Assembly: GCF_009914755.1 (NCBI RefSeq)
Contig: NC_060927.1
From: the human T2T-CHM13v2.0 reference genome, Homo sapiens
Reading direction: 5' to 3' (one strand)
Length of the DNA stretch: 64,000 nt
Below the pieces are notes generated by a model that saw nothing but the letters and a program-made list of their open reading frames with translations, was not told the DNA's origin and ran no database searches. Made by a program: the position numbers and the translations under genes. Shown piece by piece: positions 16,280-34,972 of this stretch (position 1 is the first letter of the stretch; the number at the start of each line of letters is the position of its first letter).

Positions 16280-16577
16280 GTTCTTTTTTTTTTTTTTTTT
16301 TGAGTCTAGCTCTGTTGCCCAGGTTGGAGTGCAGTGGCACAATCTTGGCTCACTGCAACCTCTGCCTCTTAGGTTCAGGCGATTCTTGTGCCTCAGTAAT
16401 TATTGTAGCTGAGATTACAGCCATGCACCACCACGCCCGGCTAATTTTGTATTTTTAGTAGAGATGGCGATTTGCCGTGTTGACTAGGCTGACCTTGAGC
16501 TCCTGATCTCAGGTGATCTGCCTGCCTCAGCCTCCCAAAGTGCTAGGATTACAGGTGTGAGCCACCATGCCCGGCCC
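16280..16577 (-). mobile_element. Alu
   Basis: Alu consensus. Confidence 0.92.
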
Positions 16578-16843
16578 AGAATAGTTTTGGGTGGCCATTT
16601 GGAACTGTTAACTTATTCCATTTCAAAGAGAACTGTTAGATAATACATACAAATGGGTGAACCTAACAAGCCAAGAACATTACTGGTATGTAAACAGTAG
16701 TAGTAGACACTTGTGTATTCTTAAAGAAATCTTCACATCCTCATTGTCCTTTTTCTTTTTTCAAACTCAGAACAGTTACATGCTCAATACTAATGAATGC
16801 TGAATGCTTGCCTTGAATAATTTTTTTTTCTTATTAGAGCTTA

Positions 16844-17155
<312 letters not shown>

Positions 17156-17799
17156 CTTGTAATAATTATTGTAATGTATAATGTAATTGGTAAATTTGCA
17201 GACTTTTTGAATTTGTGGAACAAGTATCTAGTGATTTGGAATAATTTTACTTTGTAGATTTAGTTGCGTAGATCTTTTTAAAAAGTATATTGTTTGAAGT
17301 TAAGACATTTTTTTGATTGCAGTAGCAGCCTTGACTATTTGGTACTTGTTGGAATCAAATTACAACTTAGATCTTTTAGTTGTGGTAAGCATCTTATAAG
17401 TTTATATCTTATAAATTTGAGATCCCTAGAGATGGAAAAATTAGAAGTGGGGAGTGGTGATGCACATACGTGCTGTATGGAAAACGTGTTGGCTGACAAT
17501 AAGATATATTCTAATTCTTAAAAGTATACGTTTACATAGACACGTGTATAATTTTACACACACGTAAGTATGATATAAAAACTTAGTCTGTTGTATTTTT
17601 TTTTCCCCTGGTTGCTCTTCACCACCTGGGTCTCTCACCTCCGCCTCCATATTAGGTAACCTTTGTTTGTAGCACATATACGTGGTTCCATATATTTCAC
17701 TATGCTCGTAGAATTGTATATAGGTACGCATTCAGTTACAAGTATAGGGTTTTTCAGTATTACTGTATAAAAATAGGATCATCCACATCTTAACTATTT

Positions 17800-18330
17800 T
17801 CATGTGGAGTATGATTTATTTTTTAAGGTTATATAATCATAACAATGTATTAAATTCAGCCATTCCCCAGTTAATAGACATACACTTTGTTTTCAGTTTT
17901 TTGTCGCTCCACATAACTATTTCCATTGGATAGATATCAAAGAATGGGATAGCTTGGTGAAAGGGAACCTTTAAAAAAACAAAAAACTGTAATAAATGTT
18001 GAAAGATTGCTTTCCAAAAAGGCTTCTGATGCTTCCTGTGTTCTCCATCAATAATAAATGGCAGCTTTTTCTTTTTATCTGGGCCAGAAGTTGGCTTTAT
18101 GATCTTTAATTTTTGCCAGTCTGTTGGATGTAAAGGGATATCTCATTGGAACTTGATCCCAGTTGTGAATTTTAATGTTGTTTGCCATTTGAACTTGTTC
18201 TTTTAAGACTTGCCTTTGTTTGCCATTTGATTTTGTTTTTCTAAGAATTGCCTGTCTTTTGCCCATTTTTTTGTTGGGGTGTCCTTTGTCAGTTTTGAAA
18301 ATCTTTCTGTATTATGGATATTAAGCCTCT
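17800..18330 (-). mobile_element. Degenerate L1ME-like fragment
   Basis: Antisense ORF2-end motifs (tttgccagtctgttggatgtaaagggatatctcattg). Confidence 0.6.
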
Positions 18331-18384
18331 GACCTGATGTAAGAGTGTCCACTCTCCCACCTATTTATTTAGGTTATTAATTTT

Positions 18385-18682
<298 letters not shown>

Positions 18683-19734
18683 CCCCATCCTTTTAACTTC
18701 TTTTCTTATATTGCTGGTCATAGTGAGATTTTAGTTTTTAACATAATTTTTTTTTTCCATTAAGGCTTCTGGGTTTCCAGTCCTGGTTAAGACAGTCTGT
18801 GCCCAGATTATACATACAATTTCTTAGGTTACTTTGGAGTTTTATTTTTACATTTAAATAGTACGTTAATATTTTTGCATATTTGTATGTATAGGCAGTT
18901 ATGCTAGTGCCATGTATTAATCATCTCTGTTTGAAAGTTGTTTTTCTTGCATGTGTGTCTCTCCTTAGCTGTATCTCCCTCACTTCTAGGATTGGGATGA
19001 GAGGTTGATGCTCAGCATCCTGGAGGGCTGGATCCCATTCCAGATTGATAGACCCTCCTGAGAATTACTCCAAAGAGTCTGGGGTGTCCTGGGAATACCA
19101 TACAGAGATCTCGAGAAGGGAACATTGTGATTTGCTTTTTGGCAAATAAGGCCAGTTAGGGATCTTATTTTCCTTACATTACTGTCTTGGATCCTCTCTT
19201 GTTATACACAGTAAGTAGTGGGATCTGAGACCTTACAGTGAAACCACTGTATTGTAGTGCCTTCATTTAGTGAGGCTTTTTTTTTTCCTTGCCCTGATAA
19301 GGAGCCCTTTATATAATCTGTTAACTATGTAGACAGTCCAGAAACTTTATTATGAATCTTTTAAATTACTTTACTTATCATAAAAGCTCCAGGAAGATTT
19401 ACCATGGTAGTTGTGGGGAGGGAGTAGCTTTAAGTACTCCTAGCACATCTTTGAGTGTCAGGGAGTACCCCAGTTTAAGAATCTTCACCTCCTTTATTTT
19501 GCAAATAGAGAAATTGTTGTTTCAGGAGACCGGTCTGTTGATCTGTCTCCCTATGTTGCCCAGGCTGGCTGGCCTCGAACTACTAGGCTCAAGTGATCTT
19601 CCCCGCTCAGTCTCCTGAGTGGGTTGGGATTACAGACCCTCAGGCATCCTTCTTGAGAACTTTAAAGTTGCCTAGATAACGATGATCACCCAGATCTGGG
19701 AGACAAGTCAGACTTTTGCAGCTTGAGTTTCTGT

Positions 19735-20014
19735 TTTTTTTTGAGACAGAGTCTTGCTCTGTCGCCCAGGCTGGAGTGCAGTGGCGTGGTCTTGGCCCAC
19801 TGAAACCTCTGCCTCTCGGGTTCAAGTGATTCTCCTCCCTCAGGCTCCCAGGTAGCTGGGACTTCAGGTGTGTACCACCATGCCGAGCTAATTTTTGCAT
19901 TTTTAGTAGAGATAGGGTTTCGCCATGTTGGCCTCGAACTCCTGACCTCAGGTGATCTGCCTGCCTCGACCTCCCAAAGTGCTGGGATTACAGGTGTGAG
20001 CTGTCGTGCCCAGC
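19735..20014 (-). mobile_element. Alu
   Basis: Alu consensus. Confidence 0.9.
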
Positions 20015-20422
20015 CTTCAGCCCGAGTTTCTTATCTGAACTATAAAGCACAGAAACACAGTTTCTCAGTTCTGGTGATGGCACATAGGTCGTAGTACCAT
20101 TCTAGATATATGTGAGAGAAGTTAATTCATTACACACAGCGGATGCCTTATTGCATCGGGCTGTATTCTCCTAGAATCCTGGTTAAAAAAGATTGTTTGC
20201 TGTGTTCAGTTTTCTCTTTCATTTTGAAAATCCTGTTAAATGGATCATGCTGTGTAGGGTGCAGAGCAGGACAACAGATGAGATTCTGACTGTGGACGTG
20301 TTGATTTTAGGTGTCAGTAAACTATGGGTGGAGATGTCTGAATAGTTGGAAGTTGGGTTTAGAATCAACAGAATAGATTGTTTTTCCATATATAGATTTG
20401 GGAAATTAGTGGAAGATCAACC

Positions 20423-20557
20423 AATTTTTGTATTTTTAGTAGAGACGGGGTTTCACCATGTTGGCCAGGTTGGTCTCAAACTCCTGACCTCAGGTGATCC
20501 ACCTGCCTCGGCCTCCCAAATTGTTGGGATTACAGGCGTGAGCCACCGTGCCTGGCC
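20423..20557 (-). mobile_element. Alu left arm only
   Basis: Ends abruptly at the middle A-rich linker. Confidence 0.85.
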
Positions 20558-20559
20558 TC

Positions 20560-21465
20560 AATGCAATTTCATTATACCTAAAACAGCATCAGTTGTCAGA
20601 GGCACTGTACCATGAAGAAAGAAGAAATGTGCCAATTAATCTGAACAATGGTTGTCTTTATTTTTTAATATTCTTATGTAGTTATTGAAAAATATCCTAA
20701 CAGTCCCATACATAAAATGGGAAGTTCAAGCAAAAGAAATTCATTAAAACATATTCATATTCAGATACCTGTGTTTCTTCTCAAAATATCTTCCTCAGTG
20801 CCATGGAGAGTATTGATGTTGTAAACCTACTTTAAAAGGGCTCTCCTGGCCGGGCGCGATGGCTCACGCCTGTAATCCCAGCACTTTGGGGGCTGAGGTG
20901 GGTGGATCACGAGGTCAGGAGTTCGAGACCAGCCTGGCTAATATGGTGAAACCCTGTCTCTACTACAAATAAAAAAGTTAGCCGGGCATGGTGGCACGTG
21001 CCTCTAGTCCCAGCTACTCGGAAGGCTAAGGCAGAAGAATCGCTTGAACTGGGAGGTGGAGGTTACAGTGAGCTGATATCAGGCCATTGCACTCCGGCCT
21101 GGGCAACAGAGCGAGACTCCATCTCAAAAAAAAAAAAAAAGTACATTCCTCTGTTGTCTCCAGGATTTTCTTCCAGTAATTTTTACTCATTTTGTGAGCT
21201 TTGATCCTGGTGCTTTCTAGATTTTATCAGAAGGTGTTAACAAACAAACATTTTGATAAGAAACCGCGGTCATTCCTAAAGTGGTTCTTCGTTGGTTTGC
21301 TGACTGAAATGCTCAGGGGTTACCATCAGGTGCCACAGAAAATCGCAAGCAAACCAAGTTTGAGTACTAAAGAGTGACATTTATGTCCTGACTGACATGT
21401 GGCTATCAGCTATTCCAAGATGCCATCCATTGTAAGAAGCATCCTGATTTCAGAGATGTTAAATC
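20560..21465 (-). mobile_element. Kanga/Tc2-like DNA transposon relic interrupted by an Alu (20848-21140, +)
   Basis: Minus strand reads *PLSISVSKP...LTPSDKI*KAPGSKLTK*V..WKKILET, a decayed pogo/Tc2 transposase C-terminus; MER104-like end at ~21415-21465. Confidence 0.7.
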
Positions 21466-22241
21466 ATTCAAATTGATGGGCTGGAAAGGTAGACTGGGGC
21501 CAGAGTATGAATCAATAAATAAACTGATAATTGATCAAGGGATAAAAAGTGATAATAAAATCCATTGTGGCAGTTCTTGGGGAAGAAAAAACCCGAGGTA
21601 CTGAATTTTGCATGAATTATGTTAGTACCTTTTTCTCATGGGCTATATATTTTGTAATCAAATTTATCCACATCAGTAATATTTAACTGATGTAGTTGGG
21701 GTAAATGGAGAGTTAACCTAGTCAGAGGAAAGACCCTTCACTATCTAACAAACAGCCCAGTGTCTCTAATAAAGAAGGATTTATTTTAATCAGTTTATCT
21801 TTAGAAATACAGTAAGTACTTTACCACAAGTTTGCATCAGGAATTAAGCCATGAACTGCACTTTTTTCTTTTTTTAACACATTTGAGAAGGCATAAAAAA
21901 AGTAATTTCTGACTGTTGTGCCAAATCTAGAGAGAAAAATAAAATGTTTAAATTTCATGCCAGCGATTCATGAGAAGAGAATTAAAAAGAAAAACAGTAG
22001 TCTTAAAGCTGGAGTGACAAACTATGTAAGAATACTTGATCAGGTTTGAGGGAAGCAGTAATGTGCGTCTGATACTTCCTTTTGCTTCCTTAAGAGAATA
22101 AATGTGAACTAGAGGTATGATTCCTGACAGGTCTCCTGCTTTACCATGAAACTTTTAATAGGTTGGAATCTTGAGACTGGAGTCATTAAAAAGTTGGGTT
22201 AAGCCAAGGGTAGTTCCTAATCTCTATTTAGGGGGATTGTA

Positions 22242-22244
<3 letters not shown>

Positions 22245-22277
<33 letters not shown>
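22245..22277. repeat. (TA)n microsatellite followed by a T-run
   Basis: Read directly. Confidence 0.95.
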
Positions 22278-22285
<8 letters not shown>

Positions 22286-24689
22286 CTGGCCTTTTGTTGG
22301 CATTAAAAAAGAAAAAAGGCAGTTTGTTTTGCAATCAGAAAACTCTTCTAAGAAGAATTTTGAAATATGAGAGTTACACTTTTAGGGTGTAAATCTTCGA
22401 TTTTTTGGTTCTGGACTTGCATTTTAAAACTTCGGATTCAGGCTGTGCTGTTTCTGATTACATTTGGTAGTCTGCCAAATACTAAGGTTTTAAAGTTTCT
22501 GTTTACTCCTTTATAAAGTTTGTTTACTCCTTTATAAGGAATGTAAATTTACTGTTGTAATGAATTGAAATGGTAGGAAGGCATCAGTGGGTCTTAAAAA
22601 AAATCTAAAGTAACAGATGAATTAGTAATCATGGTTACTTTCCAGTCAAAGGAATTTTTCTAGACTAGGATGGTATATTCTTAATGGGTTTATTAGGAAT
22701 GTTCCTGAAGGGACATCTGTACAGATTTCTAAGCCACAACTCAATCAAGATACCTGATCTATTGATCAGTATTTCAAACATTAAAATTTTCTTTCAGCTT
22801 GAATCCAGGTTTTGGACAAGATAATTGCCTTACCAGTTGTGAGTTAGTTTTTGATACTTTGGGAACCTTGCCTTAAATATCTTTTTATGATAGGTGCCTT
22901 ATTTCCTCTGATTAACATTACTACCAGACTCAATCTTTTAGAGTTTAAAACTATATGAATTGGCAAAAGTATTTCATCATTTGGTTCGTAGTGATTTAGT
23001 GAAAAGAGCTCAAGACAGATGAGATTTTAAATTTGTACTTTTAACCTAGGGAGTGAAACTTTGGGGCTATATAAGATGTGTATTGTTTCAACTTTCCTTC
23101 TTTAAAATGAGTGCTCTTATAAAATGAGTGGTTTATAAATGATATTTTGTCTGCCCTCATACAGTGTCATTAGGTCACTGTTCCACAGCCAGGGTCCATA
23201 ATACATCTGTTCAGATTTTTTGCTATATTTGTAATATTAATCTTTTAACTCCTGAAATATATTCATACCATGTTTCTTTCTGTTTAGCCTATAGGATTTT
23301 TTTTCCACAACGGCTCCTGTCAAGTTGAGAAACTTTTTGTTTTTCAGCTATATTCTGTAATTTCAAAAATATATTCATAAAGTAAGCAGATATCCTGTGT
23401 ACTTTTTTCCCCCACAGGCCATTTAAGCACCCGTCTAAAAAAAAATGAGTAGATCTTCATAGTAAGGTAGGATCTACAAGACACAAACTGAAGAGAAAAG
23501 CGAAGTTCAGAACAAATTGTAGCAAATGTTTAACAATTTAAAGGAGATTTGTATATTATTAAAATTACATTTTTTCCTGTGAATTACTTGTTCACCTAGT
23601 TCATATCCATCGATACCTTTTCCATCAGCTTGTTCTTACTCACCTAAGAATATTTGAATTGGGGATTTAACCCTGTTGTATGCTGTTTCACCCTCTGCCC
23701 CCTTTTCTCCTTTGTATGTGATGCTTTTATATTTTAGCTTCTGGGTAGTATACTTTTATCAAACTTTGTGGCTTTTGGGTTTTGCTTTTTTGGTTAGAAA
23801 GGCCTTCCTTACTGCAAGTTATAGATAATTGGCTCCTGATTTCTCCTGGAATTGTTACTGATTTTTTTTTGAAGTTTGAATGTTTTATCTATTGATTTTT
23901 TTTTTTTTCTGATGAAGACATCCATTTCTGTTTTCCCCAAGAATTATTTAAATGTTCCAATACCATTTTAAAAAGAGTCCATTCCTTCCCCATTTGTAAA
24001 TTCCTAAACGACTTTAGGCCTACTTTTGGAATCTGTTCTGTTCCTTTAAAATATCTTTTCCATCTTCATTATTGTAGTTTTAAAATAATCTTTAAGGTTT
24101 GGTAAGTATAGAGTGTTATTGTTCCCTCCCATCCCAGCCCCCCCACCCCATTTTAGAAGTTTCCTTTTTTAAAATTTTTTGAGATAGGCTTATTTTATTA
24201 GGTCCCCCCACCCCAAACACATACACACTGTTAATATTTCAATGGGATCCCATTGAAATTATAGGTTAATTTTAGGGGCATATTGAAATTTTTATAATAT
24301 CAAGGTGTCTAAGAACATGATGGTGTTTTACATTTTCCTAAATTTTGTATTTATATTTATTAGAGCTTCAGACATTTTTTGTACATAGCTTTTGTGCATA
24401 TGTCTGTTGTTGAGGACACTTGTAGGATTTATTTTTTGGTTGTTGCTGTAAGTAGAATTTTTTTGTATAAAATTTTTATTTTACAGCTGCCTGTTGTTTA
24501 CATGTAGAAGGCTAATGGATTGTTAGTTAACTTGCTGCTTAAGTGGATCTTTGACTAGAACCTTTTTTTAAAAAATTGTTTTATACTAGATTGCTTTTGA
24601 AATTAGTTCTTCGGATAGTGCTTTTTCACTGCTCAAGGATTCCTTCTACTCCTTCCATCCCTACTTTCATTTTACACTTAATTTATGGC

Positions 24690-24974
<285 letters not shown>

Positions 24975-25704
24975 TAATTTATGGCATTTTTAGTTTTTTA
25001 TTACATGATGCCTGTTTGTTTTGTCAGAGTTATGTGGGCATTTTAAGATATTTTTTTTTCCGCCTATCCATAGCAAGCTGTGAACATTTTAAGATTTTGA
25101 ATACACTTCAGATGTGTTATACTGCCTGGTTATTAATGATTATCTTAAATTATAGTTAAGAGTTTCAAATGTAAACATTATTGGACTGTGCGAGTGAACA
25201 AGACAAGTGACCATTTAATAAGGATGCCTTGAAATCTTCTGTGTTTGCATATGTATGGGAAGAAGAAAAAGACATGTCAAAGGCTTTGTTCTGAGAAATA
25301 TGGGACCTGAGCCAGGTGGGTGTGAATAGGAAGAGAGACAGTCGAAATCCCCAAAGATTGGATGGAGACTTAAAGGCATAAAGCCCCCTGCCATGTGCAG
25401 ACAAATGTGGCTGTTATGGTGTCTCCTATCGGATTTTGGCGAAGACCCAGCCCTGTCAATTTGGGTCTCTTGAGCAGGCGGGGAGACCTACCATCATTCT
25501 GGTGGCTTGGGAATACAAAAATACATTTAAAAGTATTGACTGTGTCCTGTGTCAAGTGGACTAAATTTTAGAGAAATCTGGCCATTAGAAACACCTTTGT
25601 CTAGAATTTAGGACTTGGGGATTAGATTTTATGGAGTAGGATGTTAGAAATCGTTCACTACAGTCCAAATAGATTTTAAGGACTTGGTGTCAGGCCTTAC
25701 TCTA

Positions 25705-26172
<468 letters not shown>

Positions 26173-26464
26173 TTATTACAAAGGAGAGTGAGAGATTATT
26201 ATAAAGGTGAGAAAGGAGTGAAAGTTCCTAGTGATTTAGAGTTCTGATTTGAACTAATCCACTATGAATTATACAGAGACTAGAAAGATTAATTTGTGAG
26301 ACTTTTCAAACTTTGTGAGAGTTTGTTGAAGAACTAGAACACGTTAGTGGAAGTTGAAAATATGGCTGTCTTCTGATGGAAGAGATGCTTTACTAATATT
26401 CATAAACATGGAAATTCCCAGTTTCTGAAATTTGTTAAAAAATGGCAAGGGTATAATACAGTTA

Positions 26465-26818
<354 letters not shown>

Positions 26819-26989
26819 GACGTGAATGTGCCCTACTAGAAATAGAGAAACTGGCCAGAAAGTCATTATTATAGCATGGTCAGATAATCAGAGCCTGAAC
26901 TACAGTGGCAACTCTTAATATTTAAATTTAGGGAGGATTAATTAATAAATATCTCCAGAATTGCAAGGCAGGAGCTACTATAGCAGTCT

Positions 26990-27785
<796 letters not shown>

Positions 27786-28609
27786 CTGGGCTTGCTTTGT
27801 TTTTTATTACTTAAGTTACCCTTCTTCCATTTACTTTGTAAGTTTCAAAAAAAAAAAAAAAAAAAAAAAAACAACTTTTTTGTTGTTGTAAGTTGCCTTT
27901 TCCCTTTATTCTCTTCTTTCTTTTGGGTTTATTCCTTCAAATCTCTTTACTGTTAGTTAATGGACTTTTGGGAAGGAGTGAGATAAACAGATGTGTTCAT
28001 TTTTGTCTTACTTTGACCAGGTACTATACATGTGTTTATATAGCTAGTGTGCCTTGGACATTATGGAGTCTAGTGTGATAAAGATGTTTTAGAAAAGTAT
28101 TTCCTATGTACACCATGGTTGAAAGTGTGTGTAAGCATTTGACTAACATTCAGTAATTTGCAGTTCTGATTCATAGTAATATAAAGTCATTTAATGTTAA
28201 TTGTAATTATATAAGTGCCAAGGACTGCTTGCCTATGGTTACACAGTGGTGGAATCAGGATTTCAGCAACAGTAATTCTACACCCAAGTCCTTTGCTCTT
28301 TCTTGAGTATGTCAGATCTTATGGTTTCTTTCAGCTGTATTAATCAAAGGAAGATAGAATAAGAAGGCTAATTTTAATAGTAATTTTAAGGCTGAAAAAT
28401 GACCGCCAATTGTTATTGAGAATCTGTATTCATTCCAACATAATCGTGAACAGTGTACTCACTATAGCCCAATTTTCTTTTAAGGGAAGGGAAAGAGAAG
28501 TATGTAGGAAAAATAAGATTAAGTTAATGGCAAAGATAGTATTCAAAATGGAGTCATGCATTTTACTGAAGGTGAACTATAATGTTGATAACATTTATAA
28601 CAAAATTGG

Positions 28610-29015
28610 GTTCTTACTTTGTGCCAGGTACTGTGCTAAACATTACTTCATTTACTTCTGATAAATTTTTCATTAGGTGGATGATACTGTAATTAATTTC
28701 ATTAGATCAAAACTGTATTCAAGAATATACAAGTGATAGAGCTTGGGTATGAATCCTGGCAGCCAGTACTCCAGAGCTTGAACTCTTTGTCACAGTAGTA
28801 AATACTGAACTCTTAGTCACAATACTAAATAACTGCCTTGCTGAACTAATACCTGAGGTGTTCCAGGGATGTACATTTACTTTTGCTAATTCCCAGGTAG
28901 ATGACACCGGGTGAAAAATGAGGTTCAGAGAGGTTAAGTAACTTAAAAGATCATGTGTCTCATAAATAGAATAGATGGAAATCAAACTCACATCTGCCTA
29001 ATTCCAAACCTTGTG
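28610..29015. mobile_element. MIR fragments
   Basis: tgtgccaggtactgtgctaaac...; gaggttcagagaggttaagtaactt MIR core. Confidence 0.65.
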
Positions 29016-29114
29016 TTCTTTTAGTACTCCCTATTATCTTTGAACTAATACAACCTTTTAGAGTTACGAAGTGCTTTAATATCTATGCTTTTATAATGTT
29101 TTTGTGTCTTGCAG

Positions 29115-29167
29115 GGATTTATCAAAGATGTTCATGAAGACTCCCTTACAGTTGTTTTTGAAAATAA
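29115..29167 (+). CDS. FXR1: FXR1 exon 2 (GFIKDVHEDSLTVVFEN), Agenet 1
   Basis: ttgcag|GGA ... AA|gtaagt; 53 nt. Confidence 0.97.
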
Positions 29168-29609
29168 GTAAGTTATTTTTGTTGACAAAGGCCTTAATTT
29201 TAGAGATGGCAGTGCCAAACTTTTTGCTTTTGGGTGTTCCTACTGCCAGTGGAAAAATGATTTTGCTTTTAGGGAGTGGGGAGGTTTGGTTGTTTGATCA
29301 TAAGTCTAGTTTTGATAATTCTTTATCTGTTTTTCTGTCCATAATTGTCACTTTTTTCATAACCCTCTTCGCCAGAACATGTATGGATATGAATCAGTTT
29401 TGCAGAAATAGATGGCACAAATTAGATGATAATATGCTTAATATTTAAAAGCCCAGAATTTTCAAATGAGGTTGTAGAAGGTCTTCCAGTTGACTACTGG
29501 TCATCAGAATAAGTATTAAGCCATTTTTAATTGCCTGAGGGGTATGCAGTCTAAAAATGGGAAAGACAGCATGCTGGGTTTGGTTAGGAAGGGCTATAAA
29601 AGAGCGCTG

Positions 29610-29918
<309 letters not shown>

Positions 29919-30918
29919 TCAGAAAAAAACTGTTCAGCTTCCACTTTTAAGCTGTTTCTGGAATTGCCTGAAAAGATCTTTGCCTAACAGCTGCTTCATG
30001 TAGAAACAAGTGTTGAGATGATTTCTATCTTTGAGCAGCTGCCATTTGGACAGTAATGGTGAAAAGAAAGCATCCCCAAATCTTTTACTTGTCAGCTGCT
30101 ACTTTGCCCAGCCTTGGCAGATAGAAACTTGAGGGACATTTTATGTCATAGTATACTTCCCAGACATATAAATGACCTATGAGAAATTAGAGTAGGGAAT
30201 AATTTTTTACTTTATAATTTCAGCTTTTAAAATACAACATGAAAAATGTCAGTTAACTGCTAAATTGGTTTAATACATTCGTATTTGCTACAGAGTTAAA
30301 AGTAAGCTTTTTCTAGGTTCTAATTATAATGTATATATCCACTGTAGGAAAGATAAATGGAACGTGAGAAAATGAAATCTTTTGTAATTCAGCTATTCAA
30401 AATAATTGCTGATAATTTTCTGTATTTCTGTGAACATGTATACTAAAAAGAATTACACAGTTTATATTGTTTTGTAATATATGAAATTGTGTTTCCTTTA
30501 TTGATAGGTCATGTAGTTGTGAAACTATTTGAAATAAGTTGATACCACTACTATTTATTGGGCAGCTGTCCGAATCAAAGTTAGTCATCACTGTGAACTT
30601 AGCTTATTTCATTTGCAGAATAATGTATGTATTGCTCTTATGATGAGTAATTTGGGAGAATGTGTACTGCTGTTAGGATGAGTAATTTGGGAGGTAATGT
30701 ACAATTGTTAACAATTATGTTAATTATGAACTTATTAAGAGTCATACAAAATCTGTTCTACTTCAGTAACTAATTTCTTGGGAAATTATTAATAGTATGA
30801 ATGTTGTTTTCCTTCTCTTTAGGGAAAGCTAAATGATAAACTAACTTGAAAAAATATGCAACACCAGGCGTAGACTATATATTTTTAAGTTGTTAATACA
30901 CCTTTTCTAATCCTTCAG

Positions 30919-31012
30919 TTGGCAACCAGAACGCCAGGTTCCATTTAATGAAGTTAGATTACCACCACCACCTGATATAAAAAAAGAAATTAGTGAAGGA
31001 GATGAAGTAGAG
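30919..31012 (+). CDS. FXR1: FXR1 exon 3 ([31 protein letters not shown])
   Basis: cttcag|T ... GAG|gtatgt; 94 nt, restores phase 0. Confidence 0.97.
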
Positions 31013-31599
31013 GTATGTATTTTTAAGTTTATTTTCTTGTGTCTATTTTTTTGATTTAAATAAATACTCTTTTAGGAGAATTAGCTTAGTTGATGGAGGA
31101 TAAATCTAATTCATTTTCTCTATTCTTTCTATTGGTGGTAATAGCTGTGTAATACAGCAGTGCTTGAGTTTTGGAGTTAGAATCGGTCTCACCTGTCCCA
31201 TTTTTAGCTTTGTAGACTTTAAATTTATCATTATAATTTGGAAGTCATGGATGATAGTGCATTTGAATTCTTAAAAGAACCTAGCATTGAACGCTATGCA
31301 CTATGGTGTTACCCTTTTCCTTCTTTTTGCTAATTACTTTAAATAATTTGTCTTAACGATTTGCCTGGGTGTCTTTATGAGGTGTTAATAGTTATTTTAC
31401 TATAGTGATCATTAACAGAGTTCATATGTAACAACGTGAAATATTGTAACTAGCTTTCTGCCTTCTACAATATTCTAGAAATGTCTGAGGAAAAATTTAA
31501 AAGTACAGAAAAGCAAAAAAAATACAGGAGGAGGGAAAGAAAAATCACAGCTCACAGATGAATAAAACATTGTTCATGTCGTGCATGTTCTTTCAGGCT

Positions 31600-32373
<774 letters not shown>

Positions 32374-34317
32374 TGAGCTCTCATTAATCTAGATAGTATG
32401 CTAGGAAGTCAAAAATTGCAGCACTTCAATCCCTGACAACCTTAACTTAGTGTACCCACTTTGGTGGAAGTCAAAGATAAAAGAGTGAGTAAAGTGAATG
32501 CTTTACTCATTCATGAGGGACTTGGCTCATGGCACCCTGACATAATTTATACTTTGCTTTAGTAAAAGCAAAATAGTACACAGTGAACTTAGTGCAAATA
32601 ATTAAAATCCAGGCAGAATTTTTAAATGGCAGTAAGTTAAGAAGTAACTTTTTGTAAGGATACCTGTAACTATCTGTGTGTATTAGAGTTCTTGAGGAAA
32701 ATGTTACTGGTGGCATCTGGGGGAGACACGAGGAAACAAAGTGGTGAAGTGACTGCTGCAAATCAAGGAGTGTGAAGTGGAGTCCTTGGTGGGTGCTATA
32801 TATGGCAGTGATGCTGCAGATTACTGTGTTCATTTGGACTTTAGATTTTATTGAAAATGTTTTTCTCAATATTGTATCTCTAATAGTTTTCTGTGAGAAT
32901 AAAGGGCTTGATTCATTTTCATTTTTCAAAATTTATTTCTGATACAGTGTTTTTTGGATTTTGAGTAAGCAAAAGTTAGGTCAAGCAAGGAATGATGTAG
33001 GTTTGGACATGTTCTAGAATTAGAAATGTGTGGCACTCAGTTTTGAGAGTAATGCTTCTTACACTTTTTTGTTGTTTAGACACTTAAAATTGGTAGCGTC
33101 AAGTCTCAGATTAAAGGGAAAACTACTCTTGGTGGGGTGGTGAGGGTGTTGTTACAGTGTACTTTTTCCATTCCTGTCCAGGAGGGTCCTTCCCTGTTCC
33201 TGAACAGTCTGGCTCACCCCTGTGGTCTGCCTCCGCTTTTGTGAAGAAGACATTGGTGTTAGAGATTGAATGATTTAGAAATTGAATCTAGAGTTTTTTT
33301 TAAATTTCACGTTATGTTTTATGATTCAGCTCTGGTCAAATTTGCTCTCTAGAATTTTGTAAGTCATTATCTGAAATTAAAATGTGATTTTTTTTCACTT
33401 TTGAAAAATTTAAAAATTAATATAAGGAAAAAGTTTAAGCATAATCTTGCCACCCATAGGATTTTGTTTTTTTGTCACCGTTTATTAAGGATTTATCCAT
33501 ATTACGTAGAGTGTTTAGAAATTCGGAGTTAGTGCTTTCCCAGGTAACGTTTCGAAAGCCTCTTCCCCTTCTTTAAATTTAAAGTAATAAAGCTTAATGT
33601 AAAAAATGAAATGGTAAAAAATTATATAAAGTACAAAGTAAACCTTCCATCTTAATGTAGGTGTACTTGTCCACCCACCCTATCTTAAATCTCATTTACC
33701 AGAGTTGATTCTCTTGTAAGTTTTTTATTTGCATGTATAAAGGACATATTTAAGTTGAAAAAAAATTGGGATTAAGTTATATATTTGTGACTTTTGTATT
33801 CACTTAATTAGGACAGCAAACATTTTCGTGTCTTCTCATTTAAATTTACCTCATTTTTTGTAACCACCTCAAAATTATTTGGTGTGGATATATCAAATTA
33901 AAAGACATTGAAATTACCAGATTTTTTGCTGTTAGCAAAAGAAAACAATGCCAGAGTTAAAGTTAATATTCTTATGCAAGTCTGGTAGTATAATTCCTAA
34001 GAGGTTAATGTTTTTAAAAGTATTAAAATGTACCATTTCATCCTCCAAAAATGTCTTCAGAATTACTTTATACTTTTATTAACACTGGAGGTATCTTTTT
34101 CATACATTAAGTGACTGTATTATATTGTTCATATGTACAGTTTTGTAAACTTGGTGGATGGAAACTGATGTCTCATGAATTCTCATTTCCTTAATGAATA
34201 GTAGTATGGGAACATCACTTAAATTAGTTGGTTGGCTCTTAACCCCTTGTTCTGTGAATTGTCTATTTTTTGTTTGTGCAGTTTTTGGTGTAGGAAGTCC
34301 TTGCATTTTATGGCTGA

Positions 34318-34972
<655 letters not shown>

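Noticed and set aside
22500-22540. 21-bp direct duplication of GTTTACTCCTTTATAA
   Set aside because: Ordinary slippage duplication.
27847-27872. Solitary poly(A) run without a retroelement body
   Set aside because: No convincing TSD or upstream polyadenylation signal; cannot be called a retrocopy.
29104-29448. 114-aa ORF overlapping exon 2 in another frame
   Set aside because: Non-ATG start inside the splice acceptor, and it runs into intron with low-complexity composition.
30640-30700. ATGATGA box-C-like motif within a ~35-bp tandem duplication
   Set aside because: No suitably placed box D or terminal stem; just a local duplication.
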